From positions 46,004,001 through 46,068,000 of the forward strand of contig NC_088857.1 of assembly GCF_963853765.1 (NCBI RefSeq): a stretch of 64,000 nucleotides of DNA, in the 5' to 3' direction. A program made the position numbers and the translations under genes. This DNA is from Magallana gigas. Taxonomy: Eukaryota. How positions within the stretch are numbered: position 1 is the first letter of the stretch; the number at the start of each line of letters is the position of its first letter. A model generated the notes under the pieces. That model searched no databases and had not been told where the DNA came from. It saw only the letters and a program-made list of their open reading frames with translations. This document shows, piece by piece, positions 37,356 through 50,279 of the stretch.

Positions 37356-37714
37356 TATTTCAAGTACCGGTAAACCCACCTTCATCAATTTGTCATTCTC
37401 CAGCATCAAATGGCAACCAAACACGTTAAGTAAACATTTTGTTTTACTTACCATGCATGTTGATGTGCCTCTATCGATCGATCGATCGACCGATCGAGAG
37501 AGAGAGAGAATGTTTGTATACTAGTATTACTATAATCATATGTAGAACAAACATTAATGTACATATAACTTTACACTCATTGTAAATAATTAAAGGTCAC
37601 TCAAAGATTCAGTATTGAAAGGTAATTCTAAACAACCTTAATAGGTAAACATACATGTATGTATACTTGCGACAAATATCTATTTTTAGATTTAAACTCA
37701 GTCCCAGATCTGTG

Positions 37715-37894
37715 TCATATAAGGTAAAAGGGAGGAGATATCTCCTTGTTTGGAAATTGACTAAATTCGATGAACAAGATTGTTTCCATTTCTGGCAGTG
37801 TTCTCAGAGATGACACGGTGTGTGGAGTATATAAGGCTGCCCGGTACCTCTATTCCAGTCAAACCAACAACTGCAAGATTAAAGCAAACCTAAG
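37715..37894 (+). promoter_or_regulatory. Actin A4 core promoter + non-coding exon 1
   Basis: Three CArG-like boxes, TATATAA 37828, donor 37894. Confidence 0.75.
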
Positions 37895-38192
37895 GTAAGA
37901 AATCAAATAATATAGCTACATGTATTTAATATGAGTCTTAATTCCTTTACCGGCTGTGCAAAAGTTTATCTGTTGAGCCACAAATAGTTTTTCAAATTTC
38001 AAAATCATTTTATTTTTTTAATTGATTTATTCACTTATTTATCTAATGGGTTGTATCAACATGCAATTTTTTTTTTGCACTGCAACCGAGACATTTTTTT
38101 GTCCGACTTTCCCTTTTAAAAGCTTCGATGTAATTTAATACTATATATATGCCTTCATTTTAGAATATAACACACCAAACCAAACAATAACC

Positions 38193-40167
38193 ATGCCTAT
38201 TAACCTGGTTGAGGACGACATTGCCTGTGTTGTGATTGACAATGGGTCGGGCATGTGTAAGGCGGGCTTTGCCGGAGATGACGCCCCGCGGGCCGTGTTT
38301 CCCGCCGTCACCGGACGACCTAGATACGACGTAAGAAGGCTGTTTGAAACAAATTACGGATGCACACTTCAAATATCTATTTCATTATTGTTTTTTGTTT
38401 AATTACATTCTAAAATGAAATAAACAGGATTACTGTTTTAAACAATCAATTATTTAAGTATCATGTTCAGAATAACCTAATTACATTAAGCAAATCTAAA
38501 ATAATATTTATGTATTCTTTAACAACGTTGAACAAGGATATTATTTTTATTGATCATAGATTGCAATGGCGGGAATGGGAGGCAAGGATTGTTACATTGG
38601 AGACGAGGCCCAGAGCCACCGGGGAGTCCTGTCCCTGAATTACCCAGTAGAACATGGCGTCGTCAATAACTGGGACGACATGGAGAAGATCTGGCACCAC
38701 ACGTTCTACAACGAACTAAGGGTGGCTCCCGAAGACCACCCGGTGCTGCTGACTGAGGCACCACTCAATCCCAAATACAACAGGGAACAAATGACGCAGG
38801 TGAACATTTTTTTTTATTATTTTTTTTTTTACTAAAGACGAATATTTGGTTTTGTTGTGTTTTCTTTATTGATATTTCTTCCAAATGTTATTTACTTCCA
38901 ACTCTAATATTTACAGTATTTGAGATTATGCTAGAAACTTGCTAAATTTTCATTTAAAAAATGAAATATGTTAAAGTGTAGCAATAGAATATATTGACTT
39001 CAGTGCTTTTACGCTAACTTCAATTTATTTCAACGTACAGATCATGTTCGAGACGTTCAACGTGCCCGGGTTCTACGTCAGCATCCAAGCTGTCCTCTCT
39101 CTGTACGGCGCCGGAAGAACGACAGGAATCGTGTTCGATTCGGGAGACGGCGTGTCTCACATCGTCCCCATATACGAAGGTAAATCGAAAGCAGCATTGT
39201 TCTTATATTAAAACTTAAATATACCTGACATCTCGAATTAATTGCGAAATACAACTCATATAATGAGTACATTGTGAATGAATTGATATTTTGTTCAGGC
39301 TACGCTCTTCCACACGCTATTAAGAGAGTGGACCTAGCAGGCAGAGATCTGACCAAGTATCTACAAAGAATTCTTCATGAACGAGGATACAATTTTGTCA
39401 ACTCTTGTAAGAATTTCTGCATAGTTTTGAAAATATTTATCAATAATCTATTGAAAATTTCTATTGAACAACTTAACTATTTCAGCCGAACAAGAAATCG
39501 TCCGTGACATCAAAGAAAGCCTCTGTTACGTTGCTATTGATTTTGAACAAGAACTCTGTGCCTCTGCGCAATCCTCCGCACTGGAAAAATCTTACGAACT
39601 TCCGGACGGTCAAGTGATCACCATTGGCAACGAGCGTTTCCGGTGTCCGGAAGTGCTGTTCCAGCCATCCTTTACAGGTAGGTGGCCAGGTCTTTTATAG
39701 ATATTGAGCTTTTTGCATTAATATAGCATATTTTCGATTATAGGTAACCAAAACAATAGAAGATTTTATGCTCAGTTGTTTTTTTTACATGAAATATAAG
39801 TGACAGTAATAAAAAAGAATTAAGTATGGTTTCTCTTACAGGTCTAGAAGCGAGTGGAATACACGAACAGATCCACAACTCCATCATGGCGTGCGACATT
39901 GACATCAGAAGAGACATGTACAGTAACATCGTGTTGTCAGGGGGCTCCACCATGTTTCCGGGGATCAAGGACAGACTAGCCAAGGAGGTCACGGCCGTTT
40001 CCCCCAGTTCAATGAAGGTCAAGATCAGCGCCGCGCCAGAGCGGAAATACTCAGTGTGGATCGGTGGATCTATTCTAGGTTCTCTGTCCACTTTCCAACA
40101 GATGTGGATCACCAAACAGGAGTACGACGAATGTGGACCAGGAATAGTGCACAGGAAATGCTTTTGA
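38193..40167 (+). CDS. ACT: Divergent actin A4 (380 aa)
   Basis: Exons 38193-38330, 38560-38799, 39041-39179, 39299-39406, 39486-39677, 39842-40167; frame intact. Confidence 0.97.
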
Positions 40168-42874
40168 CATTAATATAAAAGTAACTAATAGGTACATGAT
40201 CTTATAGGAATTAACTTTAAAAAGGAATAAGGTATGAATGTGAGGGTATACGGTTTTTGTTCCGGAATCACTGCAAACAGGCTTCACATTTCCTATTCTC
40301 AGTGTTATACTCTCTAAGATGGAACGGGTCCGAACACTTCAAGGGAAAATTACTGGCTAGTGTCATATGTACTATGTTGGTGGTGCAAACCAGTATTGAT
40401 ATCGACCATTTCTTTCTAAGTATATTCATATTGTATATTGTAAATGCATGCAAAGATCATGTATATATTTATTCATATTTTCTCGTACATGTGTACATAT
40501 ATTGGCAGTCCGTCTTAACACCATTGACTTTTTCATCACTTTTCCATCACTTTTCATAAAAAAAAAATGGCCAAAGGTGTTTGCAATATAATAGTTATTT
40601 CACATATTCATATATATTTATATATGTTTTTGTGTATTGATATCATTTATATAATTGTGTATATCATGAAATAAATAATTACTTCATAAAATTAAAACAA
40701 TTTTTCCTTTTTGATAAAGAATATTCCACCTGCACTATGGTTTGAAAAAATCGGACTAGGCATAATACAACTTGTTTATTATTTGGTTGAAGGTATTTTT
40801 TTTTTATTAGGAGAAAAATATCTAACGTCAGGTGTTTATGTCTCACGTATCAGTCGATAATACCGATGCATGATACAGAGTCAGCATTTACATGTATACG
40901 TACTATATCTTTTTCATGTTCATCATCGAGAAAAAATGATTGGTTTACATTGTTCGAAAAATGAACCATATAAGCCTAGGAATAAATAAAGAAGGTTATA
41001 TGAATCATAAAAAATTAGTTTAGAAAATAAATAAGATTGTAATATAAGCCATTGTCTTCTCAAGCCTCGGTACGGTGTTCGCCTAGCGCTTTCCAGATGG
41101 GAGGGGATCGATGCCGTGGTTTCCAACAATGAATATATGTATAAGCAGAACATGCAAATATTAAATAAAATGAAATAAAAAGCATCTATTGAATAACATT
41201 TAGATAAGAATGATTTAAACGCGGACGATTGTGAATGAAAAAAAAGTATATTTTGATTAATATTTACACTTCCTTGGACAATAAACCGATTTATTTCAAC
41301 TAGAGACAATGTAAAAGCGTGAATTAAAGTTTTTGTTTTTTTATTAAATGTATTGTTATCTCGTTTTTTATTTAACAGAAACTACTATCTTACTTTTAAA
41401 CAATTAAACGTCTTACGAAAAAGTCAATGATGTTTGAATACTAAAATAAAAATCGCATCCATAATAAACGTATTTTAATTATTCAGATATAACAATTTTA
41501 AATTCGATATTTGTCATATATATTTATATAAAGGCATTTTATTTATCACATTATCCAGCTTTTCAAAAGCCAGAGGTGTAAGCGAGTGTTGAGCGTTTGG
41601 ATCAAAGGTGCTAGCTATAGCGACCCAAAGGTTGTTGGTTGAAGCAACACCGTGGTCACCTTGGAAACAGAGGATACATATACCTAAGACGTGACGTGTA
41701 GATAATGTTACGTTGTATCAGTCAGTGTTTGGAAGTCAACTACGTTGTTGCCCTATTACATATTACCGAAGCACACAGAATAGTAGCAATATTATAAGTT
41801 TACAAACAAGCAATTTCGTACTTTTTTTTTGTTGGCGACGTTTCATTAGTACAGCAGACTCTATATTGATATGTATACATTCAAAGATCATTACGTCAGC
41901 AATGTCGGCCTTGGAATAAGTTTGAAAAGTGAAATGAGGACATTTCATAGAAGGTTAACTAAACAGCTGTTCCATGCATGGTTTGATTTTTAATTTTTTT
42001 TTTTACAGAAATTGCAAAACATGCAGAATAATGCACCAGACGCAAACGAAAATATTTTGAAAAAGCGTGTTTATGAAGATTTACATAAATGATTTGACTT
42101 TAGGTTTTCCTCGAAACGCAGTATTTACCGCTAACTGCAAATAATGTGAATGTTTTTAAATCAAGTTCCATGCACCCCCTCCTCTGAAAACAAGAAGCGT
42201 AGAATTTTCTTTAAAAATACAATGTCTGGATTAATATTTAAAATTTTTTACTCCAAATAATTTGTAAATAATTTAAACAAACATCCTTGACACGGACATC
42301 ATGTACATCGTATCCATCTATCGTTTGATTCTACACCTCTATCGAATCAAATAATCTTAAGTCAGAATTGTATCACAATCTGGCTCCATGCATCAGTTAT
42401 CAGTTGCTACATGTGTTTTTAAATCTGGCTTCATGCATCAGTTATCAGTTGCTACACGTGTTTTTAAATCTGGCTCCATGCATCAGTTTCTACATGTTTA
42501 GTCTAAGCATACCCCCGTACAAAACAGAAGCGTAGACATTTTTAAATAATACAATGTTTGGATTTGTCTTTAGTTTTTACTCGGAATGATTCGTCCAAAA
42601 AAAAAATAACAAACAGCCTTGTACATTTAAACCATGTACATCGTGTCAATCTAACTATCGAATCAAATAATCTCAAGTCAGACTTGTATCACAGCAGTTA
42701 TTTGTCCCTTTATCGAATAAATAAGAGAGAAAGCACATAGTTGGTAAATACTGTAAACTTTTAACAGTCTCCTACTGCATTCAAAATATTCAATAAAACA
42801 TAAAACCTCTACAAAAAGGGGGCATCCAGAACATTTAGCACTATGCGAATACATGTACATAACATGTACAGCTG

Positions 42875-42877
<3 letters not shown>

Positions 42878-42952
<75 letters not shown>
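42878..42952. repeat. (GA)n microsatellite upstream of A5
   Basis: Direct reading. Confidence 0.95.
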
Positions 42953-42955
<3 letters not shown>

Positions 42956-43134
42956 AAATATCAAACGGAACAAAATGATCATTTATTTGATTATATCATA
43001 TAATTTAAGTGACTCAAACGGTCCAATATTTGACTGCTATTTTTAAACATCCGAAGTATACACACATTTGTATATATGTATTAAAGCTCCCCTAATATCT
43101 AATTTTAGATTTAAACTCAGTCATATAAACTGTG

Positions 43135-43300
43135 TCATATAAGGTAAAAGGGAGGAGACATCTCCTTGTTTGGAAATTGACTAAGTTCTTTCCATTTCTG
43201 GCAGTGCTCTCAGAGATGACAAGGTGTGTGGAGTATATAAGGCTGCCCGGTACCTCTATGCCAGTCAAACCAACAACTGCAAGGCTAAAGCGAACCTGAG
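43135..43300 (+). promoter_or_regulatory. Actin A5 core promoter + non-coding exon 1
   Basis: Three CArG-like boxes, TATATAA 43234, donor 43300; shares the 14-bp deletion with A2. Confidence 0.75.
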
Positions 43301-43892
43301 GTAAGAAATGATTTTGAAATAATTTAAAAAAAAAAAAACCAAAGACTTAAATGTATTTGAATCAAAGTCGCCAACATTCAATTTTTATAGCTTGTGCTAT
43401 TTTTTCCCCTGAGAAACGTGCATTAATCTTAGTCTTTTGGACGAATTAAAATCGCAGCAATGTTTAACATGTACTTATGTAGGTTTCCGTTCGAGTTTCT
43501 AAATAAACTCAGGCACGTAGCATAGTTTTTGAAAGTGGGGGTGAGGAAGAGGAACAGATTTATCCCTAACCTTGACGAGCATACAAATTTTAAAAAATAA
43601 ATTAAAAAATTCGCAATTTTTCAAAATCATAATCTGTGGGGGAGCGAATGGTAGGAGAGAACATCAAAATTCGATTTTAAGGATAATTTTTAGAATTTTC
43701 CTATTTTCCTTTAAATGCTCCCAAAAAGTGAGGCTGGGGGTGGCCTCGTGTTAGCTATGTGTTAAAGTGGGTGAAAGGTTGGGGTGAAGGCAGCCCCCTC
43801 CCTTATACTTCCTTGCTTCAAATTTTCTCAATACTCTCAATGTTTCATTACCTTTCAGAAACAAATTTCGGTAACCAAACCAAACAATAACC

Positions 43893-45878
43893 ATGCCTAT
43901 TAACCTGGTTGAGGACGACATTGCCTGTGTTGTGATTGACAATGGGTCGGGCATGTGTAAGGCGGGCTTTGCCGGAGATGACGCCCCGCGGGCCGTGTTT
44001 CCCGCCGTCACCGGACGACCTAGATACGACGTAAGACAGCTGTTTTCTTGACAAGTCAATTTTATTCAATATCTTATTTTTAAAAATAAGTCTTCATCTA
44101 GAATACATTGTAACTAGATTCATTCTTTTCTATAGAACACATTCCTATGACTTCTAGATATTATTGCATATAAACCCGTTTACTAGCTTTGCGTATAAAT
44201 AAAAATATGTCAATAGATAAAATACATGTAAAAGTGCACATATGTACATTTCATAGTAAACGTAATTTTCATTTATAGATTGTAATGGCGGGAATGGGAG
44301 GCAAGGATTGCTACATAGGAGACGAGGCCCAGAGCCACCGGGGAGTCCTGTCCCTGAATTACCCAGTAGAACATGGCGTCGTCAATAACTGGGACGACAT
44401 GGAGAAGATCTGGCACCACACGTTCTACAACGAACTAAGGGTGGCTCCCGAAGACCACCCGGTGCTGCTGACTGAGGCACCACTCAATCCCAAATACAAC
44501 AGGGAACAAATGACGCAGGTGAACATTTATTTATAAAAGTTACATGCATTTTTTTTTCATTGATTTTTCTTTCAATTTTTTTAATGTACCGGTAACATTA
44601 TATATTCAGATATGTTTGAGACCTCAAATGTCATATTTTTCTAAAAATTCATTGGAAATGTATATGTATATTAGTAAAATGATCTCAATATCATTGGTTT
44701 ATTACCCTAAATCTTTTATTTCAACCTTCAGATTATGTTTGAGACGTTCAACGTGCCCGGGTTCTACGTCAGCATCCAAGCCGTCCTCTCTCTGTACGGC
44801 GCCGGAAGAACGACAGGAATCGTGTTCGATTCAGGAGACGGTGTGTCTCACATCGTCCCTATATACGAAGGTAAATCGAAAGCAGCATTGCTTTCATATT
44901 CAAACATTGATATAGATGATACATTGAATTGTTAAATCAATAATTAATACATTGTGTATAAAATTGAATAAATGAATTGATTATTTGATCAGGCTACGCT
45001 CTTCCACACGCTATTAAGAGAGTGGACCTAGCAGGCAGAGATCTGACCAAGTATCTACAAAGGATTCTACATGAACGAGGATACAATTTTGTCAACTCTT
45101 GTAAGAATTTCAACTACTGCACTTTTGAAAAAAAGGTGATACATTTTTCAAAAGAAATGCTAATGGAAACACATTTGTTTAACTATTTCAGCCGAGCAAG
45201 AAATCGTCCGTGACATCAAAGAAAACCTCTGTTACGTTGCTATGGATTTTGAACAAGAACTCTGTGCCTCTGCACAATCCTCCGCCCTGGAAAAATCTTA
45301 CGAACTTCCGGATGGTCAAGTGATCACCATTGGAAACGAGCGTTTCCGATGTCCGGAAGTGCTGTTCCAGCCATCCTTTACAGGTAGGTGGCCAGATTCT
45401 AGATCTTTTATAGAGATTAGGCATTTTGTATTAATATAGCATATTTTCGATAATAGGTAACAAAACCAATAGAAGATTTTATGCTCAATGTTTTTTTTAC
45501 ATGAAATATAGGCGACAGTAAAATAAGATTTTAAACATGGTTTCCTTTACAGGTCTAGAAGCGAGTGGAATACACGAACAGATCCACAACTCCATCATGG
45601 CGTGCGACATTGACATCAGAAGAGACATGTACAGTAACATCGTGTTGTCAGGGGGCTCCACCATGTTTCCGGGGATCAAGGACAGACTAGCCAAAGAGGT
45701 CACGGCCGTCTCTCCCAGTTCAATGAAGGTCAAGATCAGCGCCGCGCCAGAGCGGAAATACTCAGTGTGGATCGGCGGATCTATTCTAGGTTCTCTGTCC
45801 ACTTTCCAACAGATGTGGATCACCAAACAGGAGTACGACGAATGTGGACCAGGAATAGTGCACAGGAAATGCTTTTGA
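43893..45878 (+). CDS. ACT: Divergent actin A5 (380 aa)
   Basis: Exons 43893-44030, 44279-44518, 44732-44870, 44993-45100, 45192-45383, 45553-45878; frame intact. Confidence 0.97.
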
Positions 45879-48171
45879 CACTAATATAAAAGTAACTACA
45901 TGTAGGTACAGGATCTTATAGGAATGAACTTTAAAAAGGAATAAGGTATGGATGTGAGGGTATACGGTTTTTGTTCGGGAATCAACGTAAACAGCTGGTT
46001 CCACATTTCCTATTTTCAGTGTTATACACTCCGAGACGGAACGGGACCGAACACTTCAAGGGAAAATTACGAGATCGTGTCGTATGTACAATGTTGGTGG
46101 TGCAAACCAGTATACCGACCATTTCTTTCTGGGTATATGCATGTTGTATATTACAAATGCATGCAAAGATCATGTATATATCTAATCATATTTTCTCGTA
46201 CATGTGTACATATTTTGGCAATCCATTATGACGCTATGACACCATTAATGTTTTCATCAATTTTCATAAAAAAATGTCCATGGGTGTTTGCAATATAATA
46301 GTTATTCCACAAATTCATATATATTTTGATGCAGTTTTTGTTTATTGATTTTATTCATTTGATTGCATATATATCATGAAATAAATAATTGCATACTATT
46401 TGAACAGTATTTCCTTTTTGATAGAAAATCATATTCTAGCACTAAGGTTTGAAAACATCGGGCTGAGCATATTACACCTTGTGCATTATTAGGTAGAAGG
46501 TTATTATACATTTTTTTATTATGAGAAAAAATTATCTAACGTCAGGTGCTTGTATCTCCTGTATCAGTCGATAATACCGATGATACAAAGTCTGACATTC
46601 ATTCAACGTTCACAGTATTAACGTATACGTACTATGTCTATTTCATATTCACCATTGAGTGCATTAGGTGTATAATTAATGTAAAAAGACTAATTATGTT
46701 CGTTCGATAAATGAACCTTACAAGCCTAGGAATGAAAAAAAAATTATGGATCGTAAAGAAAATTCTTGGAAATTATAATAAGATTGTAATAAAAGCCATT
46801 GTCTTCTCAAGCCTCGGTACGGAGGCCGTGTAGGGCTTTCCAGATGGGATGGGATTGCAGTGGTTTCCGACAATGAATACATGCATAAGCATAACATGCA
46901 TAAATAAAATGAAATAAAAAGCATATATTGAATAACATCTAGATAAGAGTGATTAAAGTGTTGGTAACTGTAAATGAAAATAAATAATTAAAACAATCAA
47001 ATGTATTTAGCAGTATCTTTTTATTGATATTTACACTTTCCCGGCCAATAAACTGATATATTTCAGCCACAGACGATATAAAAGCGTGAATTAAAGTTTT
47101 TATATAGAATGTATTGTGTTAACTAACATTAGTTTTCAACAGAAACTGCAAACTTACTGTTAAACAATTATAAATGTCTGACGAAAAACATCATTACACA
47201 TATTTAAATACATAAAAAACAAACGCATCCATAAAAAACGTATTTTGATATCTCAGTATGACAGTTTTTAATTCTATATATGGCACGCATATACATAAAT
47301 GCATTTAATTTATCACAACACACTTGTAACTGTTCAAAAGTCAGAGATGAAGGCAAGTGTGGAGCGCTTGGATCATAGGACTAGGTGATAGGCCAGCGAC
47401 CCAAAGGTTGCTTGTTGAAGCACCACCGTGGTCACTTTGGAATCAGATGTTACATAAGACGTGACGTGTAGATAACGTTACGGCGCATTAGTGAGTGTTT
47501 GGAAGTCGTCTTCATTGCCTATCTAGATTATTACCCGGTTATAAATTACAGAAGCATACAGTTATTAGTTTACAAACTACGAAAGCCGAGAAGGGTCATT
47601 CGAGATTCGAGATTCCAAATACGAGATTCGATATACGAGATTCAAGATTCGAAATTCAAGATTCAATATCTAAATTAACCAATCAAATCATGGATCTGAA
47701 ACCTGTATCCTAGCAACATCAAACTGTTCTAAATAAAGATCATTCGTACATGCTCTTTCCTACAAATAAATGTCTTAATAGCTTTTATATAGTGGTTATG
47801 GAATGGTTAAATTAAACTTGATGAATTAACCCCACACAGTATAAACAATTAAATTAGAAATAACACTGTTGGCTTTGCGAATCGAAGTGGTTTTGTTTGC
47901 CCTGTACGTATTTCCCCCCGAGCAATTTTAACCCGAAGTGTATTTGCCCCAACTGTGTAAAAATCGACTCGCGAAGAAAGATCTGTTTAATCTAAATAAT
48001 TAAAACTGAGTGTGGTTTTAGCTATGAAACGAAACTCAATGAAATAATCGACATGTCAAAATATAGGTTATGATAAAGTTTTAAACCATAGAAGATATAA
48101 TGATTTACAACCTCAACGACATTAATCCAGATAAGAATAGTGTATTGTAGGGTATGGCAATGCCATTGTCG

Positions 48172-48221
<50 letters not shown>

Positions 48222-49519
48222 TTAAACAGAGCAGAATTATCATTTAATTGATTATATCATATAATTTGATAATTTAAATTATATAAGTGACTCAAACGGT
48301 CCAATATTTGACTGCTATTTTTAAACATCCCGAAGTATACAAACATTTGTTTATATGTATTAAAGCTCCTCTGTACATTTATACCTAATATCTATTTTTA
48401 GATTTAAACTCAGTCATATAAACATATAAGGTAAAAGTAATATAAGTAAGACTCATTATAAGTTGTTTACTCAAGAAAAGGAAAAAAATTGTATTTATTA
48501 ATAATTCCGTATGATGTGATAATATCTCAATGATTTGTTTATAATCATAGTACTAGTGTATGACTGTATGCATACATAAAAACGATAAGTAATGCTTATA
48601 TTTATTGGTGAAACAAGACAGATTATTTATATTTAGATTATTTAGATACATGTACTAATCTTCATGCGCGGATCTAGAAAGGAGGGGGTCAGGGGATCTG
48701 GACCCCGTCCTCGGGAAAATTGGAGCTTATTAAATTTACATAGTAAAATTATTTAAAATTAGCCTAGGACCCCCTACAGAAAAAAATAGCTACGCTTATG
48801 AAGTTCTCTACCATAACCGCATTTTTACACAAAAGGGGTGAAAAAAACCCAGGTTTTAAACTATTACTGGTGGTGAAATACCCCAGGGTTCAAACGCATC
48901 AGGTGGAAATGCACCAGGGCAAACAAAATCACTTAGACCCGCGAAGCACACTGCATTATTACTAGTCTACTTAAATATTCTGTGTTAAAGTAAATACAAA
49001 TAATTATTTAGTAAGGTAGGGAGAAGTGAACATAGCATTTATTTGTATATAAGAGCATGTACGGATGATTTTTATTAAGAACACAGCAGTTATACTCATC
49101 CCTTTCTCCTAAATGAGAGAAAAATCAAAAATCAAATAGTTGGTAAACACTGAAAACTTTTTACACCCCTACTGCTTGCGAAATGTACAATAAAACCTAA
49201 AACCTTTACAAAAAGGGGGCATCCAGAACATTTAGCACTATACGAATGCAAAATCAATATGAATGCATTATTAACGTATGTTTATGCGTTTACAACTCTT
49301 CTATTAGAGAGAGAGAGAGAGAGAGAGAGATTAAACAGAGCAGAATTATCATTTAATTGATTATATCATATAATTTAAGTGACTCAAACGGTCCAATATT
49401 TGACTGCTATTTTTAAACATCCCGAAGTATACAAACATTTGTATATATGTATTAAAGCTCCTCTGTACATTTATACCTAATATCTATTTTTAGATTTAAA
49501 TTCAGTCATATAAACTGTG

Positions 49520-49699
49520 TCATATAAGGTAAAAGGGAGGAGACATCTCCTTGTTTGGAAATTGACTAAATTCGATGAACAAGATTGTGTCCATTTCTGG
49601 CAGTGTTCTCAGAGATGACACGGTGTGTGGAGTATATAAGGCTGCCCGGTACCTCTATTCCAGTCATACCAACAGCTGCAAGACTAAAGCGATCCTGAG
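49520..49699 (+). promoter_or_regulatory. Actin A6 core promoter + non-coding exon 1
   Basis: Three CArG-like boxes, TATATAA 49633, donor 49699. Confidence 0.75.
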
Positions 49700-50279
49700 G
49701 TAAGAAATGATTTTAAAATAATTTTTAAAAAATAAAGAATTACATGTATTTGAATCAACGTCGCCAACATTTAATTTTTACAGCTTGTGCTATTTTTCCC
49801 CCGGAGAAACTTGCATTAGTCTTAGTCTTTTGGACGTATTAAAATCGGAGCAATGTTTAACATGTTTCCGTTCGAGTTTCTAAATAAACTCAGGCACGTA
49901 GCATAGTTTTTGAAAGTGGGGGTTAGGTAGAGGGACAGATTTATCCCTAACCTTGACGAGCATACAAATTTTAAAAAATGAATTTAAAACTTCGCAATTT
50001 TTCAAAATCATAATCTGTGGGGGAGAGAATGGTAGGAGAGTACATTAGACTTCGATTTTAAGGATAATTTTTATAATTTTCCTTTTTTCCTTTAAATGCT
50101 CCTAAAAAGTGTGGGGGGGGGGGGGGGGGGGCTCGTGTTAGTTATGTGTTAAAGTGGGTGAACGGTTGGGGTGAAGGCAGCCCCCTCCCTTATACTTCCT
50201 TGCTTCAAATTTTCTCAATACTCTCAATGTTTCATTACCTTTCAGAAACAAATTTCGGTAACCAAACCAAACAATAACC

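Larger units (their letters stand above)
11361..37400. repeat. Segmental duplication unit 1 (26,040 bp: actins A1-A3 + 3' part of Rab gene)
   Basis: cagcatcaaatggcaaccaaacacgttaag... begins at both 11361 and 37401; colinear near-identity follows. Confidence 0.9.
29988..37406 (-). pseudogene. 5'-truncated duplicate of a large coiled-coil Rab GTPase gene (CRACR2A/Rab46-RASEF-Rab44 family)
   Basis: Exons 37406-37380 (cut by junction), 37060-36945, 36704-36633, 36525-36474, 35908-35867 (less certain), 35255-35158, 34868-34593, 34007-33942, 33524-33219, 32856-32803, 32703-32652, 32220-32082, 31878-31797, 31566-31341, 30472-30396, 30078-29988; phases chain correctly (1776 nt). Motifs [27 protein letters not shown]-terminal GGCCS. 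G4 reads NKTY. No EF-hand part present. Confidence 0.75.
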
